From Squalus acanthias (Eukaryota): a DNA stretch of 64,000 nucleotides. The notes beneath the pieces are model-generated. The model searched no databases. It was not told the origin of the DNA and worked only from the letters and a program-made list of their open reading frames with translations. Made by a program: the position numbers and the translations under genes. Positions 52,108 through 63,970 of the stretch are shown piece after piece. Location: positions 23,190,001 to 23,254,000 of the forward strand of contig CM059432.1 of NCBI GenBank assembly GCA_030390025.1. Direction: 5' to 3'. Numbering within the stretch: position 1 is the first letter of the stretch; the number at the start of each line of letters is the position of its first letter.

Positions 52108-53057
52108 GTAAGTATAAATTTCTAGTATGTCCCATTTTTAACAGGATCTTTTCATTAAGAGAAAGTAGTGTAATTAAGCCATCCATTCAGTGTTTCACTG
52201 TAATAAAAAAAAGTCCTGGCTTGCTCCATGAGGTTTTGGTTAGACCCCAGTTGTACTGAATGGAGTTCTAATCACCTAATCATCAGAAGGATATTATTGC
52301 CTTTGAGAGAGTACAGAGGTGAACAACCAAAATGATTCCAGATAGCAGGAATCTAAGTTAACGAGTAAAGGTTAAGGACATTTGGCATATTTTCTTTGTT
52401 AAAGAGTTGACTTTAAAGTGGCTTAATTGAAGTTTTCAAGAATTAGGTGAACAGGCCACCCATGCACATCAGAGGCACGGACTAACCTAAGGAATATCAA
52501 AGTGGCACCATGCCACTCCAGTGGTGGAACTGAAGCCCAACAAGGGAGGATGAGATAAGGGTAGCTTGTTAAACGCACCCAAGAGAGTAAATTGCTGTGC
52601 TTAGCAAGGTGATCGATGCCCTTTGGCAGAACTTACTGGAGCTTTAATAAGGCTCTCAATGGAACTCATGGCAGCTCTCAGCTGGTTAGAGTTCAGTTGG
52701 GCCTAATGAGGGCATAATTGGCAGAATTGCCGGGGTAGAAATACCAGAATGATTCCAGATATCAGGAATCTAATGGCCTTTCATCAGAACTGACTTACGG
52801 TATGCGCTCAACGAACTCATTATATTCACACCCCGTTGACCGGTATCGCTACTGCTCAGTGTTCATAGTTTATTATGAAACTGGCTTGTGCATAAACAGT
52901 GATTCACCATGTGCCTGAATTAGTTCCTTCTTTGTGAACTTTACAAACTGTATAACAATGGGATTGCACAAAGACTTTTGTTTAATTCTGCAGCCAAACT
53001 TCAGTTTAAAGTGTAATTAGGGGCATGAGCTAAGCAGCATTGTTTTATTCTTTTCAG

Positions 53058-53111
53058 GGAGCTGATGGCGTATCAGGTTCTCCTGGTACACCAGGCCTAC
53101 GAGGAGAGAAG
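53058..53111 (+). CDS. COL22A1: Collagen exon, 54 nt, GADGVSGSPGTPGLRGEK
   Basis: ttcag|...|gtaaga. Confidence 0.95.
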
Positions 53112-53535
53112 GTAAGATCTAGGTAGCTTCAAATAGATTAGGGAGAAGGGAACTTTAGAAGAAATACTACACAATATATCCTATTCCAAATATGGGACTG
53201 AGTTGTCACCTGTTTGAAGAAGAAACCCTACTCTTCATATTTCAGTCCCATACCAGTTCAAGGGACAGCAAAATTGTCAGTAACCATGGAGAATGCCATG
53301 GCAACCTGCCCATTCTGGTAGCAGATATGAATGTTCTGGAGGGGTAAAGGAAAAGTAAACCAAAAGTGAATAGAAGTCAGCTCCAAAATTATTATTAATA
53401 ATATTGTTATTATCATAGGTTCTTTTAAATAAATAAATGCAGAAAGATCTTGAAATACACAGCATGCCCATCAGCATCTGTAAATGGAAAGCAAGTGATG
53501 GAACTGAACAGAACAAAAAGGGTGGGGAGATAATC

Positions 53536-54115
53536 GGGGGAAATTTAACTCCCTGGTGGAAAGCCAGCAGAGCGTGCAGGTTGACCATGTGGGAAGTGCT
53601 ACAAGCGGCCCATTCCATTTTTAATGGCCAGGCCTCATTTAAATACAGCAAGTGAGCTGCCTGACTCAAGAGGCATCTTGCCAGGTTCCAGTCAGTGAAT
53701 ATCCGCCAGACCAGCGCACAGGTAAGCCGTCGGGTGGGTTTCGCGAACGCAGAAGGGGGATCATGAGACGGCCCAAACTTTCTTTGTGGGGCCCGGAAAA
53801 AGGGTCCTGCTCCTCCTGGCCCCACAAAGATAAGTTTTGTACATGCCATTTGGGGCCTCTGCTTGTGCTCCGACTAATTCTACTGAGCGGCGTGTCCATG
53901 GCGGATGCTTTGCTCAGTAGGTCATTAAAATGAAAACGGCCCTGATGCGCATATATTCATGAGGCAACCGCCTGAGTCAGGCAGGGCCTTCACGCACCGA
54001 GGGAAAGAGCGGTGTTAAAAGAAAAGCCACGGGGAGGAAGCAGAGCGGTAAGAGTAGAGCCTTCAACTTCGTTCCGCCCAGTTTCCGCTGGGCAGAGAGG
54101 GAGTAAAATCCCCCC
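53536..54115. mobile_element. Harbinger-type MITE; related partial copy follows at ~54180..54803
   Basis: Ends GGGGGAAATTTAACTCCC / GGGAGTAAAATCCCCC; 53655-53860 recurs at 54360-54560. Confidence 0.65.
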
Positions 54116-55179
54116 TAATTAGTGAATACCCAAACAGGTTTGTAAAGAGGTGCAAAACTTACCTGAAAATTCTGATGCAACAAAAAGACAACCACGATTT
54201 TGGAGCAAGTCGGGAAACAGGTGAACAGCCTCCACATGCTCCGTCCAGTGGAACTGAGCGTTGAGCGGTCGAACTTGCGGTCCTTAAAGAGGGCAAAGAC
54301 CGCTGTGGCACTGATTTTTATGGGGCCAGGAGGAGCTATAATCTTCCCAACTACTGGTTAGCTGCCTGACTCCCGAGGCAGCTTGCCAGGTTCTAGTCGG
54401 TGAATATCTGCACAGGTAAGCCATCGGGTGGGTTTCGCAAACGCGGAAGGGGGATCATGAAGCGGCCCAAACTTTCTTTCTGCGGCCCGGAGGAAGGGTC
54501 CTGCTCCTCCTGGCCCCACATAGATATGTTTTGTACGTGTCTTTTGGGGCCTCTGCTTATGCCTTCACAGGATTACCTCCCCCCTCCTCCACTTTAAGCT
54601 CTAATTTGAACTCGCCTCCACAGAGGAGCCGTCGGATTTCCCAATCCCAATTTGGCAAGCTAACTGGCATTACTGGTAGAGTGCTGGCAGCTCACCATAA
54701 TTATTCAGATAAGGCTCCATCATGAAAATGGGTCAGGCCTCTCGCTGGTGCCATCGCTCCATCCACTGCCCATCGATCTGCATCCAAAACGAAAATCAGC
54801 CCCATAATGTTGGAAACAAACAACAGGCCACTCAGTCAGGCCAATACTTTCAGAAAGCTTTAAAGATTGGATTCTACATATTTAAAGAAGCCTAGTTCAA
54901 CTGACAATTTTAGGTTGGTAGTGGTATCAATAGGAGAATCTAACCATTCATACAATATATCCCAGCGATTGACCAATGAAGTTCAGCATTGATACAGGCC
55001 ATTAACCAGAACTAGCCTACAGAAGAAAGTGGCAGATAAAGTGAAGGTGGAGGTGCAACTTGGAAGAGCTGTGATAGTACAAATGAACAGATAACCTAAC
55101 CTATTTAGTAGAGATGCCAATGAACAAAACAAAAAGGATTCTGAGCACTGTTAATATTTGAATCTGTGGATATTTTCAG

Positions 55180-55233
55180 GGGAAGGAAGGTGCTCCAGGC
55201 ATTCAGGGACCTCCTGGATTGTTAGGACCACCT
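55180..55233 (+). CDS. COL22A1: Collagen exon, 54 nt, GKEGAPGIQGPPGLLGPP
   Basis: ttcag|...|gtaagt. Confidence 0.95.
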
Positions 55234-55369
55234 GTAAGTAATCCAACTCTACACATTATTTTGTTTTCAGTCCAATGTTGCATGGAAAATGGGAACCACT
55301 GTTTAACTCTCAAAGGCCAGGAATTTCCTTGGAGCTACTCCCACTCTTCCACTGTAACTTCACCAGAAG

Positions 55370-55812
55370 TGAAAGAAAGACTTACATTTATATAGCGCCT
55401 TTCACGACCGCCGGATGTCTCAAAGCGCTTTACAGCCAATGAAGTACTATTTGAAGTGGAGTCACTGTTGTAATGTGGGAAACACGGCAGCCAATTTGCG
55501 CACAGCAAGGTCCCACAAACAGCAACGTGATAATGACCAGATAATCTGTTTTTGTTATGTTGGTTGAGGGATAAATATAGGCCAGGACACCGGGGATAAC
55601 TCCCCTGCTCTTCTTCGAAATAGTGCCATGGGAATCTTTTACGTCCACCTCAGAGAGCAGACGGGGCCTTGATTTAGCGTCTCATCTGAAAGACGGCACC
55701 TCTGACAGTGTAACACTCTCTCAGCACTGCACTGGAGTGCCAGCCTAGCTTTATGTGCTCAAGTCCCTGGAGTGGGACTTGAACCCACAACCTTCTGACT
55801 CAGAGGCGAGTG
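55370..55812 (-). mobile_element. Deu-domain SINE copy
   Basis: Reverse complement of the 20308 family including head and tail. Confidence 0.78.
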
Positions 55813-56458
55813 TGGCGGAAACCCTGCCTCGTAAATGGTATTTCCGTCGCACTTCTGACAAAGTTACAGTGGCGGAGTGGGAGCAGCTCCATGGAAATTC
55901 CAACACTTTTTCAGTACCAGTGGATCTCACATGGTGTTGCTGATGGTGATTTGGAGGATATGCTGCTTACAAAACAACAGCATGATACATAATATGGCTG
56001 ATATCCCGTGGCATTCCAATTGGATAAAAGGTTAACTACTCAGGACTGAAGCCCCCTCTTCTGCTTCTCCTTCATAGTATCCCCATCTGTCCTCAAGATC
56101 ACACTGTGCCTAGCCATGCTGCCAAGCCTTGGGTACAGTGTATCTCTCACCCAGTTGGCGTGGTAAGGAAATTCGAACATGGGCAGTTCGAACAAATGTC
56201 TTGTTTTGAATTATGACCACACTCTGCATAGCCTTGTTACCATCAGCAAATATGCACCTAGGACTCCAGGGTGGGATTGGTTTCCTACCCATTCAGTCAC
56301 CAGCACATAACTGGGCATTTGCAGCAATGAAGTCACCATGAGGTTCACTGGGGTTATGCATGCATAGCGCCTGGGAAATAGTTCCAAAAGGTGCAGGTGA
56401 AGATTGGAACGTAGTAGAAGTCAACTTTTTTTATATATATATAAATATATTTTTATAG

Positions 56459-56512
56459 GGACTTGCAGGAAAAGATGGAAAGGATGGAAAACCTGGAGAT
56501 GCAGGAGAGCCG
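56459..56512 (+). CDS. COL22A1: Collagen exon, 54 nt, GLAGKDGKDGKPGDAGEP
   Basis: tatag|...|gtaaga. Confidence 0.95.
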
Positions 56513-56671
56513 GTAAGAAACTAAAACATTCTTCTTAATCCATCCAGTTTTAACTACAGATAGAATATTCTCATTATCCCATCGGGGAAAACAAAATCAC
56601 TTGGGTATATTGTTCATTAAAATAAATCTCATACCATGGTCAAAACTCTTTCAAATATTTATAATTAGAAG

Positions 56672-57225
56672 TATACAGCTGGAATACTGTGTGCAGTTCT
56701 GGTCGCCACACTATAGGAAGGATGTGATTGCATTGGAGAGGGTGCAGAGGAGATTCACCAGGATGTTACCTGGGCTGGAGCGCTTCAGCTATGAAGAGAG
56801 ACTGGACAGGCTGGGGTTGTTTTCCTTAGAGCAGAGAAGGCTGAGGGGGGACCTGATTGAGGTGTACAAAATTATGAGGGGCATAGATAGGGTAGATAGA
56901 AAGGAACTTTTCCCCTTAGTAGAGGGGTCAAAATCCAGGGGGCATAGTTTCAAGGTAAGGGGCAGGAGGTTTAGAGGGGATTTGAGGAAAAACGTTTTCA
57001 CCCAGAGGGTGGTTGGAATCTGGAACTCACTGCCTGAAAGGGTGGTAGAGGCAGGAACCCTCACAACATTCAAGAAGCATCTAGATGAGCACTTGAAACG
57101 CCATAGCATACAAGGCTACGGACCAAGTGCTGGAAAATGGGATTAGAATAGATAGGGCTAGATGGCCGTCGCGGACACGATGGGCCGAAGGGCCTCTTTC
57201 TGTGCTGTATAAATCTATGACTCTA
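56672..57225 (+). mobile_element. CR1 LINE 3' fragment, young (uninterrupted frame)
   Basis: QLEYCVQFWSPHYRKDVIALERVQRRFTRMLPGL..RRLRGDLIEVYKIM..QRVVGIWNSLP..GYGPSAGKWD*. Confidence 0.93.
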
Positions 57226-57333
57226 ACTTAAGTTGAAGTTTCCTTCACACTTTGGGTAATATCTTATGTATCTTTGAAAGCTTTTTATACCATGGGAAAA
57301 CATTATTCAACAGTCTCTGCTTCTGTATTTTAG

Positions 57334-57387
57334 GGCAGGCCAGGTAGCCCTGGACCTCCTGGCAGGAATGGAATCCGAGGAATCCCT
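57334..57387 (+). CDS. COL22A1: Collagen exon, 54 nt, GRPGSPGPPGRNGIRGIP
   Basis: tttag|...|gtaagt. Confidence 0.95.
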
Positions 57388-58761
57388 GTAAGTATTGAAT
57401 CTCTAATTCTATACAACATATTTTGGTGTAGTTTGCTGAACTGAAAAACTACTCCTATTCCTGCAGTGTATCTGAGCCAAGGGTGCTAATTGTTCCTGTT
57501 GAGATGTATTAAGAGTTTAGCCAAGATTTTCTGCTTTGATTTGACATGTTTTCAGGCATATATGGGTAGGCATATTCAAATTGTACAATAATGATGGATG
57601 ACATCAATCATCATATTTTCTGCCATTATCGCTATAGCAATGCCAAGGAATGCCAGTATGTTCTTGGAGTCCATCTTTGCTATGGCATGCAGGAGAGGAT
57701 TAAAATTTTAAAAGGCCTCATTAAGGAGTGCAAGTGATCACAACGCTGCAATGATTTAAATTTAAAAACAATTTAGCCCTGCTACTCAGTTGCCCCAAAG
57801 ACATTTGACCCCGCTCTACTGTTCCAGATGCCCAGGCCTGCAGCAACCATTTTCCTCACCCAAAATCTGGCGACCTGAGAGGCTATAGCAGCAGTAATGG
57901 CCATGTCTTGCTGCTGTCCAAAAACAACAACCAGAATGCATCCAGCCCTAAAAAAGAAAACAGCTACTTTTTAGGCCTTCTCCACTTTGCTGACCACCTT
58001 TCAGAGATCCTCCGATCTCAGACACACGGGCCTGCACCAGGTTCTTTAGACGCCCAACTAGTGAGCTTTCAGGAAGATGAGGCAGGAAGGCTAGGAATGC
58101 CCCCTCTTACCTCATGGCAATGCACTGCCTGTGCCTGTTTTAAACCAAGGCACTCTGCCACTCTCGGGGAAGCCCTAGAAATCACAGAGCAACGTAAAGG
58201 GGCAGAGATCCAACATCTCTGATCTTCATCCTTATTTCCTCTGTTTTGCTCCTGCGAACTGAGCATCCCTCAGGTGCATAGGAGAGGAATATCAAGGCCT
58301 ATACCTCTTGATCACTGAAATGGGCTACCATAGAAAAGTGGAGGTTTCTTTAAAAAAACACCTTGAGACTGCAGCAGATTGTGGAGAACTCCTGTGGTCC
58401 TGGGCTGATTGCTTTTGTTTGTTTTCAGCTCACACACTGTAACACTGAAAGTAGCACTAATATTACAGTAATAAAGCTACTCAAACAGCAGGAATAGCAT
58501 AATTACTGGAATATTAACCTTAACTACCAAGTTAAACCTCCAAATAACAATCTCACGTTTCAAAAAATACTTTCGGATCGAATTTCCATGAGGGTTTATG
58601 TTATATCCAGATTCTTGGCTTGGCTTCACTGAGATGGCTTGGTAGAATATTTGATAGTTAAGTATCACACCATGCTTAAATGAAGGATGGACAGAAACAA
58701 AATTAATCTCAAGAGGAAAGCATGTATTTAAATTATTGATTTGTAAACCTCTTTTACACAG

Positions 58762-58806
58762 GGTTTTAAAGGCCTCAGAGGTGCTGTTGGTTCAATCGGT
58801 CCAAGA
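58762..58806 (+). CDS. COL22A1: Collagen exon, 45 nt, GFKGLRGAVGSIGPR
   Basis: cacag|...|gtaagt. Confidence 0.95.
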
Positions 58807-59024
58807 GTAAGTATTCAAAATGTCAAACAAGCAGAAGGTTGAAATACAGAGGGGAATCATGAAATACTGCTTATATTATTTCAGAAAACTATTCCTGTAT
58901 AACACACAAAAATGTGCTGATGTGCAGCCACTAGGCCTCAGTTGGCTTCAGTGTCCCTGGGCAATGGAGGGGAAAATTCATCCAGGGTTCTGTTCTTGTT
59001 CAGCCAGTAAAGACAGTGGATGTT

Positions 59025-59660
59025 ATCGAGCTGAATGGCCTACTCCAGCTCCTATTTCTTATGTTCTTTTTAGATTTTTGAATACTATGGGAATCAAGGG
59101 ATTTGGGAATAGTGCGGGAAGGTGGAGTTGATGTAGAAGATCAGCCATGATCTTATTGAATGGCGGAGCAGGCGCGAAGGGCCGAATGGCCTACTCCTGC
59201 TCCTATTTCTTATGTTCTTATGTTCAGGAAGATTCATGACACTGTCCCATATAATAGGCTATTACATAAGGTCCAAGCCCATTGGATAGACGGGAATGTA
59301 TTAAAATGGTTTGGCAAATGGTTGGTTGGCCAACAACAATGAGTGCATGGGCAGATATCTGGATGGCGGCCAATTACCAGTGGCGTGCCACAAGGCTCAG
59401 AATTAGGACCACTGTCTTTTATTCTGTCCAAATTTGCAAACTATACCAAATTAGGAGCAGTGGCAAATTATTTATGTCAATGCACACAAATTCAAAGGGA
59501 TCTATATAAGCTCGCTTAGTGGGTGAAGAAATGGCGGATGCAGTTCAATATAGGGAAATGTAAGGTTGTCAAACTTAGCAGAGGGAAGGCTGATGTGCAT
59601 TATGTACTAAATGGGAATGTACTTGAGTTATTGGAGCAGGAGAAAGATCTGGCCACTAAG
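59025..59660 (+). mobile_element. Mosaic of CR1 tails and a decayed RT fragment
   Basis: Two GAATGGCCTACTCC tails; DTVPYNRLLHK and SGVPQGSELGPL motifs. Confidence 0.7.
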
Positions 59661-60120
59661 ACGAAAAGAAGACGGTAAAGGGATACAATAAAAGTTATCC
59701 TGTATTTCCAGTATCTGGTAGTTAGGCCTAGAATAGTGCTACATCCAAACATCAAACCTTTACAGGAGTTTGAAACTCTCTGCTCAAGTAGACTTGTGAG
59801 CCTCTCTGTTACTCTTCTTCTGGTAGAGAGGCTCCACGGGAATTCTGGGGCAAAATATTCAGTCCAAAACAAGTCAAACCAGTTCAAACAGATTTTCGCT
59901 TGTGATGAATTGCCACTGACTGAAATATTGGTGGCTTGAATCTCGCTTTTGTCTCATAGAATAGAAGTCAGAGATGAGAAAAGACCCTTCAGTATTTGAT
60001 TGATAGGCCTAGATCAATTCTGAGTCAAAATATTACGCAGGCCTCTTGCTGCTACGTTTAAAAAACATTAAGAAGGCGCAGAAGAGTCCTTTAAAATTAA
60101 TTTGTATTCCTTTCTTACAG

Positions 60121-60174
60121 GGGGAAACAGGAACAGTTGGGCCACCAGGTCAGCCGGGCTCACATGGGAAAGAT
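60121..60174 (+). CDS. COL22A1: Collagen exon, 54 nt, GETGTVGPPGQPGSHGKD
   Basis: tacag|...|gtaagt. Confidence 0.95.
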
Positions 60175-60311
60175 GTAAGTTTCCAAAATGGGTCTTGGTA
60201 TTCTTTAATGGAATTAAAGATAATTTTCCAACAGTTTATCCTTTGCAGTGCATATATCACACTTGTAGCACTATAGCCATTTGAGAATCCGGTCATATTC
60301 TGTGGGCCATC

Positions 60312-60538
60312 TGACATGAATCTTGTCATTCATGTGGAAATGACTTATGAAGTAATACTGGGCGGCCTGCTGGTGGCGCTGTCCAGGGAGAGTATAAATA
60401 CTCAGGCATGGGCCCAGCTTGCTCAGGACATTCCTTAACAGGAACTAGTGAAGGACAACTAGATCTCCATGTTGAAAAACAGTTGATTAAAGCTTTGTTT
60501 AATGCTTAGACCAAGTGCTTAGTAGTTTTCTTATGTCA
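60312..60538 (+). mobile_element. Solo LTR family B, copy 2, 5-bp TSD CCATC
   Basis: CCATC|TGACATGAA...CTTATGTCA|CCATC; TATAAATA at 60393-60400, ATTAAA at 60486-60491. Confidence 0.82.
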
Positions 60539-60584
60539 CCATCATTATGTATCCTCTACTTCACTTATGGGGCTATTTATAGTA

Positions 60585-60889
60585 TCACAGAATCCCCACA
60601 GTGCAGATAGAGGCCATTTCGGCCCATCGAGACTGCACCGACACATATCCCACCCTATCCCTGTAACCCCACGTATTTAATCCCCCTAACACTAAGGGTC
60701 AATTTATCATAGCCAAATCAACCTAACCCGCACATCTTTGGACTGTGGGAGGAAACCGGAGCACCCGGAGGAAACCCACACAGACACGGGGAGAATGTGC
60801 AAACTCCATATGGACAGTCGCCCGGGGCCGGATTCGAACCCGGGTCCCTGGCGCTGTGAGGCAACAGTGCTAACCATTATGCCACCGTG
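60585..60889 (-). mobile_element. V-SINE (HE1-like)
   Basis: Minus strand: tRNA head with GGTTCGAATCC B box and V-domain GGTTTCCTCCGGGTGCTCCGGTTTCCTCCCACA. Confidence 0.85.
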
Positions 60890-60994
60890 TTCCTCTCAGT
60901 TACAATGAATAGCTTACCCAAACACTAAGATGTGCAGCTTTCTTATACTTGTATTGGAAATTCTGCCTTTAAGGATAATGAACATATGCTGCAC

Positions 60995-61150
60995 GCAAAG
61001 CAAAATGCTGCAGATTCTGGAAATCTGAGATATAAACAGAAAATGCTGGAAATACCCAGCAGGACAGGCAGCATCTGTAGAGAGAGAAACAACTCTGTCC
61101 ACAGATGCTGCCTGGCCTGCTGAGAATTTCCAGCATTTGCTGTTTATATA
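60995..61150. mobile_element. Penelope-like palindromic remnant
   Basis: Inverted arms AAACAG..ATGCTGGAAAT..CAGGCAGCATCTGT / ACAGATGCTGCCTG..ATTTCCAGCAT..CTGTTT. Confidence 0.6.
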
Positions 61151-61484
61151 TACTGCACGCAGATGGACAACCTTCAAGGAGCAAGAGAGTAAGTGGAAAT
61201 ACTGAACACCTGATGGGCTTCCTGTGTTGAAACATTACTTGCTACATGTAGGATAAAAAATGTCTGACAAAGATGCCAGTCAGTAATTGAATCAAAGTCA
61301 GAATGGTATCAGAACTTAAAGTTCAGTTTGGTCTTGCCAGCTGCTTTTCCTGTTTCTTGGTAAATCAGTTTGAGTTTGGTTGATTCACTGGTTGAATTAT
61401 ATCTTTTTCTAAATTGAGTTACCTAGGTGAAAGACAAGGTAAATCAAGAAATAGCAGTAGATGGTTTTTTAAGTCGTTTTTAGC

Positions 61485-61800
61485 CCCTCTGTAACCACCT
61501 CCAGCCCTACAACCCTCTGAGAACTCTGCATTCCTCCAGTCTGGCCTCTTGTACATCCTCAATTTCCATGGGTGGTGCCTTCAGTTGTCTAGGCCTTAAG
61601 CTCTGGAATTACCTCCGTAAATATCTCTCCCTCTCTGCCTCTCTACCACTCTTTCCTCCTTTAAGATGCTCCTTGACCAAGCTTTTGGATACCTGTCTTA
61701 ATATCTCCTTATGCTGCTCAGTGTCAAATTTTGTCTGATAACACAACTGTGAAACGCATTTTACTACGTTAAAGGTGCTATATCAGTTCAAGCTGTTGTT
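61485..61800 (+). mobile_element. L2-type LINE 3' fragment
   Basis: CTCTGTAACCACCTCCAGCCCTACAACCC..CTCTGGAATT..AAAGGTGCTATAT tail. Confidence 0.6.
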
Positions 61801-61968
61801 ATTTGCACGCACAACTTGGTTGCCATTTTGGCATCAAACCCACTAGTCCTTTCTCTTGCTTTAGTCATTCTGTTCTCCTTTTTCTCTCAACTATGCCCCT
61901 TTTCTCCTCCCACTTGCCCAATAGAAGGTGAAAATTTTTTTTATTTTCCTGACATCTTCATCAGCCAG

Positions 61969-62022
61969 GGCAAAACTGGAATGGTTGGGTTATCAGGTCG
62001 GCTGGGCACACCTTAAAATTCG
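61969..62022 (+). pseudogene. Degenerate duplicate of the 60121 collagen exon (GKTGMVGLSGRLGTP*)
   Basis: Pyrimidine tract + ccag acceptor, five Gly-X-Y triplets, 33/45 nt identical to 60121..60165, TAA at 62014-62016, ATGAG instead of GT at the 54-nt position. Confidence 0.65.
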
Positions 62023-62504
62023 ATGAGAGTTCTCTCTGTCTCTCGCCATAATTCTCATGGAACGCCAAGAACAAAAAGGCGGAGCTCCACCGTAACTGGA
62101 TTATGCCAGGTCTCTGCCATTTTTTGCAGGGGGTGTGGCTGGTCTTCTGCTGGAGATGCAGTGGGAAACCGGAAGAACCTCCTTGGAATTTCAAGGTCTA
62201 TCCATCTCCCTATCACTCTTCTTTCCATTGTGCCGGGCTTGAGTCCTTCCTCAGTGAACTGACTGTTTCTTTCTATGCCTCCATCCGTATTTTTCACTGA
62301 GCCTGTCATGGCACTTGTTGCCGGATCTCACAGAGCAGCAACCCATAATAGTTCCATCCTCTGTTCTCAGTGGATATTTTGCCTAAAGCATTCCTCAGGG
62401 ATAAATTTCTCCAACCTCCTCCTCATCCCATATACTCCCTCCTCTACTGCCCACCTCGATCGTACGTACTGATCTACAATTGTCTTCAATCTATACTTCC
62501 TTTT

Positions 62505-62935
62505 TTAATTCATTCTTAGGATGTGGGTATCATTGTCATTTATTGCCCATCCCTAGTCACCCCAAGAAGGTGGTTGTGGGCATTATTTTTAAACAGCTCA
62601 GCAGCAGTTTGATATAACTAAGTGGCTTGCTAGACCACTTCAGAAGGCAGTTAAGAGTCAATCACATTGGTATGGGACTAGAGTCATATATAGGCCATGA
62701 CCAGGTAAGGACAGCAGGTCTCCTTTCCCTAAAGGGCATTAGTGAAGTAATTGGGTTTTTACGACAATCTGATAGCTTCGTAGTCACTTTTTATTGATAT
62801 CAACATTTTATTTCCAGATTTTTTTTTCACTGAATTATAATTCTCAATCTGCCATGGTGGGATTTAAACTCATGTTCTCTGGATTATTAGTCTAGTCCTG
62901 TTAGTTACCCAATAACATAACCACTGCACTACCTT
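62505..62935 (-). mobile_element. SINE, reverse copy of the 44103 family
   Basis: TTTATTGCCCATCCCT tail and AACCACTGCACTACC head in reverse. Confidence 0.7.
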
Positions 62936-63970
62936 ACCTGGACTACCCAGGGGGAGTTTTCACTGTCTCTGCTGAGCAAAAATGGGGTGGCAGCACCCCG
63001 AAAATCACAGGGGGTAGAACTTACCGCCCCATTTCCACTCCCAATTGAGCTGATGCCATCCTTTTTAAGAAAATAAATATAAATATCGAGAACTATTTTT
63101 TGATTTGAGACTTCATTAAGCTTTTGGTATGAGCTTCTAAAATGGGACAAGGGAGATCTGGGCCGCAAATTTAATTGAGGAGACGAGATGGGGGCGGATC
63201 AGCTGGTTTCCGGGTTCCGGACCCGCTCCCAGCTGCATCTGCTCTGCAGATGTGATTTTCCCTTGATTGGCCTTGTTACCAGCCAATTAATAGGAAGCGG
63301 GTCTGATGACATCATTTGATGACACGTCATCAGCCGGTTTCCTTAAAGGGACCACGTCCACATGGAGTTTGTCAGCTGCAAACACTGACAATCACTGCAC
63401 AAAGGTGAACGCTTGCACCCAGGCTCTCCAATGACTCCCTCCATATGCAACACCTCATCCTTGCTCTCAGCACCGAGTGAGACCCATCCCACACACTGCA
63501 TGTCACTAAGGCTCTGGATTGCACCAGCAGGCTGGGTTGTGAGTAGGATGGGTTGTGGGAGAACATTTCAACTGAGGGACAGCATCTCCAACAGTGCAGT
63601 ACGAGCTCAGCAATTGTCTAGCTGTGACAGTGAATATTATGAGCCTCAAGTCAATGCTTGGGGCTCAAATTCACTTTTGATTAGGAAGGGAGTGATATCA
63701 ACTGAGCCAAGCTAACACAGTATAGCAGTGTAATGGGTGTAGAGAACTAGTGTTCCAGTTGATAGAAGAAGGTGCCAGGCAGCAGCAATGAAATCTAATG
63801 CAGGAAACACAAAATCTGCACGTTGACCTTAAGAATCTACAGTTACTGGGCCACTTGAGCCCCAAAATGCTAATTTAATGACAAGCTCTTATTTATTCTA
63901 TCAATGTACTTATAATATTCTGCTTGTTTTAACTGTATCTGTTTTACTATGGATCACTGTTTGTTTTTAG

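Noticed and set aside
52331..52773. 26-bp direct repeat AATGATTCCAGATA.CAGGAATCTAA
   Set aside because: Piece of a decayed CR1; no element definable between the copies.
56601..57146. 181-aa ORF as a host gene
   Set aside because: 5'-truncated CR1 ORF2 end without the RT core.
60820..60889. tRNA gene
   Set aside because: The A/B boxes are the head of a V-SINE; same for 20308 and 44103.
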